Shown piece by piece: positions 28,106 through 37,873 of a stretch of 64,000 nt of DNA. Each line of letters starts with the position of its first letter. The stretch's first letter is position 1. The stretch covers positions 2,619 to 66,618 of the forward strand of contig DBHR01000105.1 in NCBI GenBank assembly GCA_002296225.1, read 5' to 3'. This DNA comes from Acidobacteria bacterium UBA823. GTDB taxonomy: Bacteria > Acidobacteriota > Vicinamibacteria > Vicinamibacterales > UBA823. A program made the translations under genes and the position numbers. The notes below the pieces were generated by a model that was given only the letters and a program-made list of their open reading frames with translations, did no database searches and was not told where the DNA came from.

Positions 28106-28132
28106 GCGTAGCAGCCGACTGACGCGGCGACC

Positions 28133-29173
28133 TTACCAGATGCCACTCGGCCAATGCGCGCGATGCGTCGATATAATGTCCCCGATCACCGCCTCGGCTC
28201 GCTCAGTCGAATCCGGGAACGAGGGGGCATTGTCCACGAGCGCATCGCCGAGTACGGTGATCGTCGAGTTGAGACACTCGGCAAGGGCTTGGAGATCGTA
28301 TCCGCCCTCGGTTACGAACGCTAGACGACCACCACACACGTCGTCGGCGATAACTCGCAGGTGACGAGTCATTGCGCGATAGCCTTCGGTCGTGACGCGC
28401 ATACCAGCCAGCGGGTCCCGCTCGTGGGCATCGTAGCCGGCCGAAACAAGCAAGAGATCTGGCGCAAACGCCTGTAGCGCTGGCACGACGAGGCGCGTGT
28501 AGACCAAGTCATAATCGGCGTCGGTCGCCCCAGCCGCGAGCGGCACGTTTAAAGTTCGGCCCTCCCCCGCATCACGGCCGATGTCGGCCGCCGCCCCTGT
28601 CCCCGGATAGAACGGGTATTGGTGAGTCGACACGTAAAGGATGCGCGGGTCGTCGTAGAACATCCACTGCGTGCCGTTGCCGTGATGGACGTCATAGTCA
28701 ATAATCGCCACCTTCGAGGCGCCGATGGCGAGGGCGTGCGCGGCGGCTACTGCCACACTATTGAACAGACAGAACCCCATCGCCCGGTGAGCTTCGGCGT
28801 GATGGCCCGGTGGCCGGACTAACGCCAGTGCTCGCCCCTGACCAGCCATCGCATGGTCCGCTGCTTGCACGATCGCACCAGCAGCTAGGCGGGCGGTCTC
28901 GTACGATTGCGACGAAGTGTAGGTATCAGGATCAAGACGAACGGCGTGCCCCGACGTCGCGGCAATCGACCCGATGTAGGGCTCAGTGTGAACCGCCGCT
29001 AGTTCGGCGTCTGTCACCGGACGCGGTTCGATGACGGTTCCGCCGCCCCGAGCGAACGCCGCCGCTGCCGTCTGCATCACCTCAGCGCGCCCAACGCGCT
29101 CCGGATGTCCAGGCGGCGTCACGTGATCGGCGAATCGATCCGATGCGAATAACACCAACGAGGTCTCCGTCAT
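28133..29173 (-). CDS. Histone-deacetylase-family (arginase/deacetylase fold) amidohydrolase
   Basis: Starts MTETSLVLFASDRFADHVTPPGHPERVGR. It then shows RPPGHHA, DYDVHHGNGTQ and GGYD, the class HDAC/AcuC/acetylpolyamine amidohydrolase zinc-site motifs. The start at 29173 forms an ATGA overlap with the upstream gene. The 486-aa track ORF is an over-extension. Confidence 0.85.
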   Translation of the reverse strand: MTETSLVLFASDRFADHVTPPGHPERVGRAEVMQTAAAAFARGGGTVIEPRPVTDAELAAVHTEPYIGSIAATSGHAVRLDPDTYTSSQSYETARLAAGAIVQAADHAMAGQGRALALVRPPGHHAEAHRAMGFCLFNSVAVAAAHALAIGASKVAIIDYDVHHGNGTQWMFYDDPRILYVSTHQYPFYPGTGAAADIGRDAGEGRTLNVPLAAGATDADYDLVYTRLVVPALQAFAPDLLLVSAGYDAHERDPLAGMRVTTEGYRAMTRHLRVIADDVCGGRLAFVTEGGYDLQALAECLNSTITVLGDALVDNAPSFPDSTERAEAVIGDIISTHRAHWPSGIW

Positions 29174-29856
29174 GGAACCTCCAATAGACGACCGGCCGTT
29201 TCGGCTAGCGCACCGAGTGCCTGCTCGAGTTCGAGACGCTTGGCTTCGAGCACTTGCGCTTCGGCATCTTGAGGGACCTCGATTGGCACGCCGACGGCAA
29301 GCGCAACCCGACTGAAGGGTTTTGGCACCTGCGTCCTGTCCCAGCTTCGCGCCGTCCAAAACCGGTCCGCTTCGAGATGGAATGGGAGCAGGGGGTGACC
29401 CGTAGCGCCAGCCAGCCACACGGCTCCGGACTGCGCCCGCCCAGCTGGCCCCCGCGGCCCGTCGAGCGTGAAGCCAACCGCATACCCGTCGGTTAGGACG
29501 CGTCTCAGCTGCAGCAGCGCTCGCTGCCCGCCGTGGGAGGTCGACCCCCGGACCGTGCCATAGCCGAAGCGCTCTATGATCCGGGCGATCCATTCGCCGT
29601 CAAAGTTCTCGCTTGTGATGACGACGATTCCGCGCCGCCTGAAATAGTAAGTCGCCGAAAGAATGCGCCCGTGCCAAAATGCCATGACGGGTTGTCGCCC
29701 ACCGGCGTAGATTCGCTCTAGATGCTCAAGGCCGCTCACGCGCCACCGCATTGTCGCGCCCAGGAGGGCAATGAACGGATACGCGAGGGCAGCAATCGCC
29801 CACGCCTCTATGCGTTGACACGCAGTGAGGCGGCGGTTCGGTGAAGTCTCCATCAC
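29170..29856 (-). CDS. DUF374-type lysophospholipid-acyltransferase-superfamily protein
   Basis: MAFWHGRILSATYYFRRRGIVVITSENFDGEWIARIIERFGYGTVRGSTSHGGQRALLQLRRVL..GYAVGFTLDGPRGP...SGAVWLA..TG.PLLP matches my memory of DUF374, which is often linked or fused to Kdo transferase. Confidence 0.75.
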   Translation of the reverse strand: MMETSPNRRLTACQRIEAWAIAALAYPFIALLGATMRWRVSGLEHLERIYAGGRQPVMAFWHGRILSATYYFRRRGIVVITSENFDGEWIARIIERFGYGTVRGSTSHGGQRALLQLRRVLTDGYAVGFTLDGPRGPAGRAQSGAVWLAGATGHPLLPFHLEADRFWTARSWDRTQVPKPFSRVALAVGVPIEVPQDAEAQVLEAKRLELEQALGALAETAGRLLEVP

Positions 29857-29893
29857 TATCTGACCGTTTGGAGTCCAGCAGCCGGACCAGACA

Positions 29894-31555
29894 TCACATG
29901 CCGTCGTATCGCGGGCCGCCTCCGCCCTCAGGCGGTACCCAGTCGATAATCTGATACGGATCGATGATGTCGCAAGTCTTGCAATGGACGCAGTTCGACG
30001 CGTTGATCTGCAGCCGCGGGCCGTCCCCGGCTTCTATCATCTCGTAGACATTCGCCGGACAGAATCGAATACACGGGTTTCCGTAGTCCTCGCGACATCG
30101 CGTACGGCAGATGTCCAAGTCTTGCACCCGTAGGTGTCCCGGTTGGTCTTCTTCGTGGCGCGTCCCGGAAAAATGTACGTTCGTCAGTCGATCGAAGGTT
30201 AGCTTCCTGTCAATGGACACGGCTCTAGAATCGCGAACTGGTCCATCCGGTCCATAATACGCGGCGATCGTCTTCATCCGTTCGTGACCGGGATGACTTG
30301 GCATCGGATCACGGAACCACCAGCCGCGCGTGAGTAACGACAGCCCAGTGTATGTGAGTCCAGCGATCAAGCCATGCGCGAAGCTCTGGTGAACGTTACG
30401 AACCGGATAGAGTTCACTTCGGACCGGTCCACCATCGACCAGAGCCTGGAACGCCTGCAACCGGGAGGCTGAGGGGTCGCCAGTCCGGACTGCATCGAGC
30501 GCGACCTCGGCCGCATACATCCCCGTCCGCATGGCAAGGTGAATCCCTTTCAGGCGTAGCGAGTTCACAAATCCCGCAGCATCCCCCACGATGAGTCCGC
30601 CGTCCGTGTAGGCTCGCGGTAGCGCGTGCCATCCCCCTTCCGGGAGTGCTTTCGCCCCGTACCGAATCAGTTGGCCTTCGGCCAGCAGTCCCGCAAGCAT
30701 GGGATGGCGCTTCAGTCGCTGGAACGCAGCGTGTGGGTCGAACAACGGGTCTTGGTAGTCAAGACCCGTTACGAGGCCCACCGACAGTCGGTCTGGCGCC
30801 AACGCGTAGACAAAACCGCCACCGAACTCCTCGAAACGGAGCGGATACCCGAAGGTGTGCATCACGGTGCCAGGTGCCAGCCGACCAACCGGAACCTCCC
30901 AGAGTTCCTTGATCCCAAGCGCGTAGGTTTGGGGCTGCGACCCTGCGTCGAGCCGTAGCCGGCGTAGCACTGTCTTCGTTAAGTTCCCGCGCACGCCGTC
31001 GGCAAAAATCGTTACCACAGCGCGGATGTCGACTCCAGGCTCAAATGTCCGCTTGCGGACGCCCCGTCGATCGATCCCACGATCGCCAGTTCGAACACCC
31101 ACAATCCGGTCATCTTCATACAGCACCTCAGTCCCCGCAAATCCGTTAAACACGTCGACGCCTTCGGTTTCCGCCTGACCGGCCAACCATCGCACGAACT
31201 GGTTCAGCGAGATGAGGTAACAACCGTCGTTCTTGAGGGGTGGTGGTGTGAATGGAAAACGGATCGCACGTTGCTCAGTCAGAAACACGACCCGGTCATC
31301 GTGTACAACTGGCCCAAGCGGTGCACCACGAGATTTAAAGTCTGGCAGAAGATCGCCGAGTGCGGTGGGATCGAGCACGGCACCCGACAGCATGTGCGAA
31401 CCACTGTCCCGGGATTTTTCGAGCACGGCGATCGCAAGCGGGTCACCGCCAATCGATTTTTGCAGTCGCACGAGGTGCAGGGCCGCCGATAACCCCGCCG
31501 GGCCACCACCGACAATAAGGACGTCGACCTCGAGCGTCTCACGCTCCAGCGTCAA
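29894..31555 (-). CDS. Electron-transfer flavoprotein:ubiquinone oxidoreductase (ETF-QO)
   Basis: 553 aa with the FAD motif DVLIVGGGPAGLSAAL and the C-terminal 4Fe-4S ferredoxin-like region CIRFCPANVYE...CVHCKTCDI. The TTG start overlaps the etfA stop (TTGA). Confidence 0.92.
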   Translation of the reverse strand: MTLERETLEVDVLIVGGGPAGLSAALHLVRLQKSIGGDPLAIAVLEKSRDSGSHMLSGAVLDPTALGDLLPDFKSRGAPLGPVVHDDRVVFLTEQRAIRFPFTPPPLKNDGCYLISLNQFVRWLAGQAETEGVDVFNGFAGTEVLYEDDRIVGVRTGDRGIDRRGVRKRTFEPGVDIRAVVTIFADGVRGNLTKTVLRRLRLDAGSQPQTYALGIKELWEVPVGRLAPGTVMHTFGYPLRFEEFGGGFVYALAPDRLSVGLVTGLDYQDPLFDPHAAFQRLKRHPMLAGLLAEGQLIRYGAKALPEGGWHALPRAYTDGGLIVGDAAGFVNSLRLKGIHLAMRTGMYAAEVALDAVRTGDPSASRLQAFQALVDGGPVRSELYPVRNVHQSFAHGLIAGLTYTGLSLLTRGWWFRDPMPSHPGHERMKTIAAYYGPDGPVRDSRAVSIDRKLTFDRLTNVHFSGTRHEEDQPGHLRVQDLDICRTRCREDYGNPCIRFCPANVYEMIEAGDGPRLQINASNCVHCKTCDIIDPYQIIDWVPPEGGGGPRYDGM

Positions 31556-32523
31556 TTCTCCAGTTCGGCAATCATCGCCGGCACGATGTCGAATAGATCA
31601 GCAACGACACCATAATCTGCGATTTCGAAAATCGGCGCGTCAACATCTTTGTTGATCGCAACGACCGTTTTCGCGCCTTTCATTCCCATGACGTGTTGAA
31701 TCGCGCCGGAGATACCAAGCGCCAAGTAGAGTGTTGGTGCGACGGTCTGCCCAGAACTGCCGACCTGACGATCCATGGACAACCAACCTGCATCGCAAAT
31801 CGGCCGCGATGCCGCAACCTCGGCGCCGAGGGCCCTAGCCAAGCGTTGAATCATCTCAAGATGCTCGGCGCCTTGAATTCCCCGACCGACCGCAACGATC
31901 CGTTCGGCCTGAACCAGGTCCACCGCCTGCTTCGCCTCTTGGAAAGCCGGCTCAGGTTTTTGGCGCTGCGCTGCGGCTTCAGGCGGCACGGCAACGGTTC
32001 GTCTCGGCGCTGGCACGATACCGCGGACGACGGTATCCGCGCTCACCGCGCCACACTGGAACGTAATGATGTGCGGTGGCGACCCAAGGGGCACCACATC
32101 TGCCATTAACCTGCCCTGAAACATCGGGCGGCTAAAAGCCAGCGTACCATCGCGACGCACTGCCCGAACGCAATCAGTCACCAAGGCCCGGTCTAGAGCC
32201 GCCGCTAGCGCGGGAGAGAAATCTCTAGTCTGATACGTATGAGATAGCACAACGAGCGCCGGAGCTTCCGCCTTGACCAGCGCGGTAAGCGCAAAAACGA
32301 AACCGTCGGCCGTATACGTCTCGAGCGCGTTTGCATCGAGAGCGATTACTTCGCTCACGTCAGCCGTGGCCAGTTCCTCCGCCTGCGCGTCAAGACTTGC
32401 CCCGAGGATCGCCACCTTGACGTCGCCTCCAATTTGCTGCGCCGCCGCCAGCGCTTCCCAGCTGGTTGGATTCAACACGCCGTCCCGCTGCTCGGCGATG
32501 ACTAGAATCATCTTCGCATCCAT
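31552..32523 (-). CDS. etfA: Electron transfer flavoprotein alpha subunit
   Basis: MILVIAEQRDGVLNPTSWEALAAA, with the C-terminal FAD-binding part SRPICDAGW......VGSSGQTVAP.LY.A.GISGAIQH. The start is trimmed to 32523 (MDAKMILV; 32511 is also possible). The track ORF overlaps etfB. Confidence 0.9.
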   Translation of the reverse strand: MDAKMILVIAEQRDGVLNPTSWEALAAAQQIGGDVKVAILGASLDAQAEELATADVSEVIALDANALETYTADGFVFALTALVKAEAPALVVLSHTYQTRDFSPALAAALDRALVTDCVRAVRRDGTLAFSRPMFQGRLMADVVPLGSPPHIITFQCGAVSADTVVRGIVPAPRRTVAVPPEAAAQRQKPEPAFQEAKQAVDLVQAERIVAVGRGIQGAEHLEMIQRLARALGAEVAASRPICDAGWLSMDRQVGSSGQTVAPTLYLALGISGAIQHVMGMKGAKTVVAINKDVDAPIFEIADYGVVADLFDIVPAMIAELEN

Positions 32524-32551
32524 TCGATGTGGATTCCGCAGCAGGGTTCGA

Positions 32552-33313
32552 TCAAAACGCGCGCGCCTCGTCACGCAACAACCGAACCAGCGTCTTAGCG
32601 ATTTCCGGCGGGGTGCCGCCGACGAAACACGTCTGCTTTTTCTTCTCGGGCGGATACAGTGCCACGATTCGCTGGCGTGAATCTGTGGCCGACGCGGCCT
32701 CAACGACGCGAATCTCCTTTTTCTTGGCAGCCATGATGCCCTTCAGCGTGGCATAGCGAAGCTGGTTAATCCCGCTCTGAATCGTGAGTAGTGCGGGCAG
32801 CGGTAACGTCACCCACTGGAACCACCCGCCCTCAAGCTCACGCTTCACTCGCAGCGTACCGTCGCCGACTTCGACATCCATAATAATGGTGGCATGCGGC
32901 AGACCCAGTAATGCTGACAAAGTAACACCGGTCTGGCCGAACCCGTGATCGTCAGACTGGAGGCCCGTGAGCACGAGATCAACGGCCTCGTCCTTGATGG
33001 CATCGGCGACTGCGCGAGCGACGCCGACTGCATCCATCCGGGCAGCCTCATCGTTGACAACGTGGATCGCCCGGTCTGCGCCTCGTGCTAGCGCCTCACG
33101 GATGACCTGGGTCACCCGAGCCGGCCCTACTGAGCAGACCGTCACTTCACCGCCGTGCTGCTCCTTAAAGCGCAGCGCGGCTTCGAGCGCATAAGCGTCC
33201 GGCTCGTTCATCTCGAAGCTGGCTTCCTGTTCGCGGATCCAGACTCCTTCCGCGTCGACTCGGGTCGGCCAGTCGCGAGCGACTACCTGTTTTACGCAGA
33301 CGATGATGTTCAT
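32552..33313 (-). CDS. etfB: Electron transfer flavoprotein beta subunit
   Basis: 253 aa with MNIIVCVKQVV...MNEPDAYALEAALR...DLVLTGLQSDD, typical of EtfB. Confidence 0.9.
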   Translation of the reverse strand: MNIIVCVKQVVARDWPTRVDAEGVWIREQEASFEMNEPDAYALEAALRFKEQHGGEVTVCSVGPARVTQVIREALARGADRAIHVVNDEAARMDAVGVARAVADAIKDEAVDLVLTGLQSDDHGFGQTGVTLSALLGLPHATIIMDVEVGDGTLRVKRELEGGWFQWVTLPLPALLTIQSGINQLRYATLKGIMAAKKKEIRVVEAASATDSRQRIVALYPPEKKKQTCFVGGTPPEIAKTLVRLLRDEARAF

Positions 33314-33343
33314 GCTTTCAGCTGGCGCAGTCGGTAGCGCTAG

Positions 33344-34585
33344 CTACGAGTCGCAACGCTTGAAGAGGAGTACGGCGTTGGTGCCCCCAAATCCAAACGA
33401 ATTCGACAGCGCGTGGCTGATCGTCGAGGGGCGCACCGATTCCGAGACGTAGTCAAGATCGCAGTCGGGATCGGGCGTTTCCAAATTAATCGTCGGCGGA
33501 AGCATCTGACGCCGAACGGCCAAGGCGGTGATGCCAGCTTCCAGTCCACCCGCCGCGCCCAACAGATGCCCGGTCATCGATTTTGTTGAAGATACGGCCA
33601 TTTCTCTGGCATGTTCGCCGAAAACGCTCTTAATGGCCAACGTTTCAAGTTTGTCATTGTAAGGCGTCGATGTGCCGTGAGCGTTAATGTAATCGATCTG
33701 ATCGGGTCGGCATTCTGCGCGTGCCAAGGCCGCCCTCATGGCCTGCGCCGCACCAGCACCGTCCTCGGAAGGCGCCGTCACATGGAATGCATCGGCAGAC
33801 ATACCGTAGCCGACCAACTCCGCATATAGGGGTGCCTTTCTCGCTCGCGCCTGCTCGTACTCCTCAAGAACCACAACGCCAGCCCCCTCGCCGATGATGA
33901 ATCCGTCACGATCGCGGTCGAACGGCCGGCTTGCACGTGTGGGCTCGTCATTCCGTGTCGACAACGCACGCATAGCGGCAAACCCGCCAACGCCGAGCGG
34001 TGTGATGGCCGCTTCGGAGCCACCGGCAATCATCACGTCAGCAGCACCTCGGCTGATGATCTCGAACGCGTCGCCAACCGCGTGAGCCGACGCCGAACAA
34101 GCGGTGCACGTAGCGGAATTCGGTCCCTTGGCCCCGAATCGGATCGAGACCTGGCCAGCTGCGAGATTGATGATGGATGCAGGAATAAAGAACGGTGAAA
34201 TTTTTCTGGGACCGTCCTTCAGTAATGACCGATGCTCACGCTCGATGGTTGTGAACCCACCGATGCCAGACGCGATAAAAACACCGACACGTGAAGCGAT
34301 CTCCGGCGTGACTTCCAGCCCGGCATCACGCACAGCGAATTCAGCTGCCGCAATGGCGTACTGGATAAAGATGTCCATCTTCTTGACGTCCTTTTTGGCG
34401 ATGAACTGAAGGGGATCAAAGTCCTTGACCTCCCCAGCTATGCGCACGGAAAACTCCGACGCGTCAAATCGGGTAATGGCCCCGATGCCACTACGCCCGG
34501 CACAGAGCGCCTTCCAGTTCTCCTCCGTGCCGATTCCAAGCGACGACACAAGCCCAACACCGGTGACGACTACTCGCCTCTTCAC
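33344..34585 (-). CDS. fabF: Beta-ketoacyl-ACP synthase II
   Basis: 413 aa with RRVVVTGVGLVSSLG, the active-site TACSAS cysteine, and the HGTSTP and GHLLGAAG motifs. Confidence 0.95.
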   Translation of the reverse strand: MKRRVVVTGVGLVSSLGIGTEENWKALCAGRSGIGAITRFDASEFSVRIAGEVKDFDPLQFIAKKDVKKMDIFIQYAIAAAEFAVRDAGLEVTPEIASRVGVFIASGIGGFTTIEREHRSLLKDGPRKISPFFIPASIINLAAGQVSIRFGAKGPNSATCTACSASAHAVGDAFEIISRGAADVMIAGGSEAAITPLGVGGFAAMRALSTRNDEPTRASRPFDRDRDGFIIGEGAGVVVLEEYEQARARKAPLYAELVGYGMSADAFHVTAPSEDGAGAAQAMRAALARAECRPDQIDYINAHGTSTPYNDKLETLAIKSVFGEHAREMAVSSTKSMTGHLLGAAGGLEAGITALAVRRQMLPPTINLETPDPDCDLDYVSESVRPSTISHALSNSFGFGGTNAVLLFKRCDS

Positions 34586-34609
34586 ACAGCCTCCGCCTGC
34601 CTGCGAGTA

Positions 34610-34852
34610 CTACTTCTTACGGTTCCCGTGCGTCTCGATGTACTCCACCGCCTCTTTGACGCGCGTGATCTTCTCAGCATCTTCATCAGGAATCTCGATA
34701 CTGAACTCTTCTTCCAGCGCCATAACCAACTCAACCGTATCGAGTGAATCCGCCCCCAGATCGTCGACAAACGACGCATCCGGGGTAACTTCCTCCTCGT
34801 CAACACCGAGTTGCTCCACAATGATGTTTTTAACTTTGTCCGTAACCGCCAT
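34610..34852 (-). CDS. acpP: Acyl carrier protein
   Basis: 80 aa carrying the phosphopantetheine attachment motif [19 protein letters not shown]. Confidence 0.95.
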   Translation of the reverse strand: MAVTDKVKNIIVEQLGVDEEEVTPDASFVDDLGADSLDTVELVMALEEEFSIEIPDEDAEKITRVKEAVEYIETHGNRKK

Positions 34853-34861
34853 TCGCGCCTC

Positions 34862-35602
34862 CTACATATACATGCCACCGTTCACGCCTACCACTTGCCC
34901 AGTAATATACGACGCCTCGTCGGATGCAAGGAAACTTACCGCATGCGCGACATCGGCTGAAGTTCCGAGCCGACCCAGCGGCACCAGCGACTGCCAATCG
35001 TCCCGTCCTTCGCTGGTCAGCCCTCGAGTCATGTCGGTGTCGATCAAGCCAGGCGCCACGACGTTTGCCGTAATACCGCGCGAGGCAATTTCTTTGGCCA
35101 CTGCTTTGGTAAAGCCGATCAAGCCGGCTTTCGACGCAGCATAGTTCGCTTGGCCTGCGTTGCCTATCTGCCCGACCACCGAACTGATTGTGATGATGCG
35201 ACCAGACCGCTGACGCAGCATCTGGCGCAGCACGGCCTGAACACACGCGAAGACCCCGGTAAGGTTCGTCGCCAACACGTCGTCCCAGTCCTTACGCTTC
35301 AGGCGCAGCAGAAGTTGGTCGCGCATGATGCCAGCATTGGCTACCAATACGTCGATCCGGCCTAACCTCTCGACCACGTCACCGACCAGACTACACACGT
35401 TATCTGCCTTGGTCACGTCGAGACTCGCGAGCTCGGCTCGCCCCCCGGCAGCCACAATCGTCGCCACCGTCTCCTCGGCATGTTGCTTGCGGGCCGTGGC
35501 CACAACTGTGTAGCCCAAGCCGGCGAGCTGCACGGCGACGGCCCGCCCGATACCGCGCGAGGCACCAGTCACAATCGCCACCCGTTCATTCGATTTCCTC
35601 AT
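34862..35602 (-). CDS. fabG: 3-oxoacyl-ACP reductase
   Basis: 246-aa SDR with TGASRGIGRA, NAG and YAASKAG. It sits in the fab operon. Confidence 0.93.
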   Translation of the reverse strand: MRKSNERVAIVTGASRGIGRAVAVQLAGLGYTVVATARKQHAEETVATIVAAGGRAELASLDVTKADNVCSLVGDVVERLGRIDVLVANAGIMRDQLLLRLKRKDWDDVLATNLTGVFACVQAVLRQMLRQRSGRIITISSVVGQIGNAGQANYAASKAGLIGFTKAVAKEIASRGITANVVAPGLIDTDMTRGLTSEGRDDWQSLVPLGRLGTSADVAHAVSFLASDEASYITGQVVGVNGGMYM

Positions 35603-35653
35603 GCACGTATCCAGTGATACCGCCCGCCGGCTTGCGCTCCGGGCGAGCTGAGA

Positions 35654-36586
35654 CTATCCAATCAACTCTCTAGCATGATCCAACGTGGGCAGGCCATCCG
35701 TTGCGACCGCCCGCAAGGCACGGTCGATCTTCTTCATCAGTCCGGTCAGCACCGACCCCGGTCCCACCTCAACATACGTGCGTGCGCCATCCGATGCAAG
35801 GCGTCTGACGACTTTCTCCCATAACACAGGCGAGACGGTTTGTCGTATGAGCGCATCGATCGCAGCCGAAGCGTCGTGTTTGGGCTCGGCGTCGACATTG
35901 GCGACAACTGGCACGCGTGGATCTGTGACAAGGAGGGCCCGAAACTCAGGTGCCAGGCGATCCGCCGCAGGCTGCATTAACGCACAGTGGAACGGGGCGC
36001 TGACCGTAAGCGGTATCACACGTTTCGCACCCAGTCGCTTTGCGACTGCACCCGCGCGTCTCACCGCCTCACGCGCGCCCGCGATCACAATCTGACCTGG
36101 TGCGTTCAAGTTCGCGGGTGCTACAACCTCTCCCCCGCTCGATTCGTCACACGCCCTTTGGACGCTGTCGGCATCCAGTCCGAGGATGGCGGCCATCGCG
36201 CCCTCGCCGACAGGCACGGCCTCCTGCATATACTGACCCCGACGCCTGACGATGCCCAGGGCGTCGGCGAACGACATAGTGCCTGCCGCCACGTGCGCGG
36301 AGTATTCACCTAAGCTGTGGCCCGCCACGGAGGTCGGCGTCAGGCCGCGCGCCACCAACCCTCGGTACGTCGCAACGCTCACCATTAGAATAGCCGGCTG
36401 CGCATTCTCCGTCAGCGTCAAGCGGTCCTCAGGACCCTCGAAGCAGAGTGTGCTCAGGGACTCGCCGAGCACGTCATCGGCTTCCTCGAAGGTAGCACGG
36501 CATTCGGGATGCACATCCACGAGCGCACGGCCCATGCCCACACGTTGAGAGCCCTGTCCGGGAAAAATGAACGACAGCATCTTCAA
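35654..36586 (-). CDS. fabD: Malonyl-CoA:ACP transacylase
   Basis: 310 aa with FIFPGQGSQ..GMG and the active-site GHSLGEYSA. Confidence 0.93.
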   Translation of the reverse strand: MKMLSFIFPGQGSQRVGMGRALVDVHPECRATFEEADDVLGESLSTLCFEGPEDRLTLTENAQPAILMVSVATYRGLVARGLTPTSVAGHSLGEYSAHVAAGTMSFADALGIVRRRGQYMQEAVPVGEGAMAAILGLDADSVQRACDESSGGEVVAPANLNAPGQIVIAGAREAVRRAGAVAKRLGAKRVIPLTVSAPFHCALMQPAADRLAPEFRALLVTDPRVPVVANVDAEPKHDASAAIDALIRQTVSPVLWEKVVRRLASDGARTYVEVGPGSVLTGLMKKIDRALRAVATDGLPTLDHARELIG

Positions 36587-36602
36587 CCTCGCAGCCGGGA
36601 CT

Positions 36603-37607
36603 TCACTGAAGCGGCGGCGCGCCCGCTATGCTCTGCGCGACCCGCTCAACCATCTTACCTTTACCCAAACGCTGAACCATGGCGAGGGCATTGCGAACCG
36701 CTTTGCTAGACGAACGGCCGTGGCCGACAACACACAACCCTGCTACCCCAAGTAAGGGTGCGCCGCCGTACTCAGAGTAATCGACCCGCCTACGGAACCG
36801 GCGGAATGCCCGGCGAGACAGCAAGTAGCCGACGCGGGTGCTGAACGTGCGCGACAGTTCGTCGCGAAGAAGTTCTTCTACCGTCTCGACCAGTCCTTCG
36901 CTAATCTTCAGAGCAATATTTCCAGTGAAGCCATCGCAGACGACCACGTCGGCCTGACTGGCATACACGTCCCGTCCCTCGACGTTGCCAATGAAATCTG
37001 GCACGCCAGTTGAAAGCAAGCGATGCGCTGCTCGTGTCAAATCATTGCCCTTCGTAGCCTCCTCTCCGATCGACAGGAGGCCGATACGTGGCCTCTTTAT
37101 GCCAAGCGCCACACGGGCATACGCAGCCCCCATCACCGCGAACTGGAGGAGATGGGGTGGGCGACAGACCATGTTCGCCCCCGAATCGAGCAATATCGCC
37201 TCTCGTTTGAGCGTTGGGATAGTCGTTGCCAAAGCCGGTCGGTCAGCGCCCGCCAGCATACCTAAGGCACCGTGCGTAGCAATCAGGGTAGCACCGGTGT
37301 TCCCAGCACTGAACATTGCGCTCGCCTCCCCACTCGCGACCAAGTCGGCCGCAACGCGGATCGATGCACGCGGGTACTTTCTGAGAGCGGCGGCGGGAGA
37401 GTCCCCCATACCCACCGCGTCTGGCGCATCTACGATACGCACATCCAGCGCCTGATGGTCAGCGTGCCGAGCGACCTCCGCTCGGAGCAACTCGGCGCGA
37501 CCGACGAGCACCAGGCCAACGCCAAGGTGCCGGGCAGCGACAATCGCGCCGTCAACGACGGCACCAGGTCCAAAATCGCCACCCATCGCGTCAATAGCTA
37601 CGTGCAT
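36603..37607 (-). CDS. plsX: Phosphate acyltransferase PlsX
   Basis: MHVAIDAMGGDFGP and the rpmF-plsX-fab context. The start is trimmed to the ATG at 37607. Confidence 0.92.
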   Translation of the reverse strand: MHVAIDAMGGDFGPGAVVDGAIVAARHLGVGLVLVGRAELLRAEVARHADHQALDVRIVDAPDAVGMGDSPAAALRKYPRASIRVAADLVASGEASAMFSAGNTGATLIATHGALGMLAGADRPALATTIPTLKREAILLDSGANMVCRPPHLLQFAVMGAAYARVALGIKRPRIGLLSIGEEATKGNDLTRAAHRLLSTGVPDFIGNVEGRDVYASQADVVVCDGFTGNIALKISEGLVETVEELLRDELSRTFSTRVGYLLSRRAFRRFRRRVDYSEYGGAPLLGVAGLCVVGHGRSSSKAVRNALAMVQRLGKGKMVERVAQSIAGAPPLQ

Positions 37608-37672
37608 GGCGTCCTCGTCCACCCCAACAGATTCACACCAGACCCGTCTCGACACGCTGGCGCGGCTTCTGA

Positions 37673-37855
37673 CTAGCTCTCGTCAACCTCTCGAACCTGG
37701 CGGCCCTTGTAGTAGCCGCAGTGTGGGCAAACCCTGTGCGGCGGCTTCGCCTCATGGCACTGCGAACATTCCCCTACCGCAGGCGCCTGAAGAGCGTTGT
37801 GCGACCGACGTTTCGCGGTCCGCGCCTTCGAATGTCTCCGTTTCGGATTTGGCAT
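37673..37855 (-). CDS. rpmF: 50S ribosomal protein L32
   Basis: 60 aa with MPNPKRRHSKARTAKRRSH and the zinc-ribbon pattern C..C...C..C. Confidence 0.93.
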   Translation of the reverse strand: MPNPKRRHSKARTAKRRSHNALQAPAVGECSQCHEAKPPHRVCPHCGYYKGRQVREVDES

Positions 37856-37873
37856 CGTTGACTCCTCGCCTGG

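Noticed and set aside
28133-29593. A 486-aa ORF suggesting an HDAC protein with a long Arg/Ala-rich N-terminal extension.
   Set aside because: The first ~140 codons overlap the well-supported DUF374 gene in another frame and are low-complexity. An internal ATG at 29173 gives a typical HDAC N-terminus and an ATGA overlap with the upstream stop.
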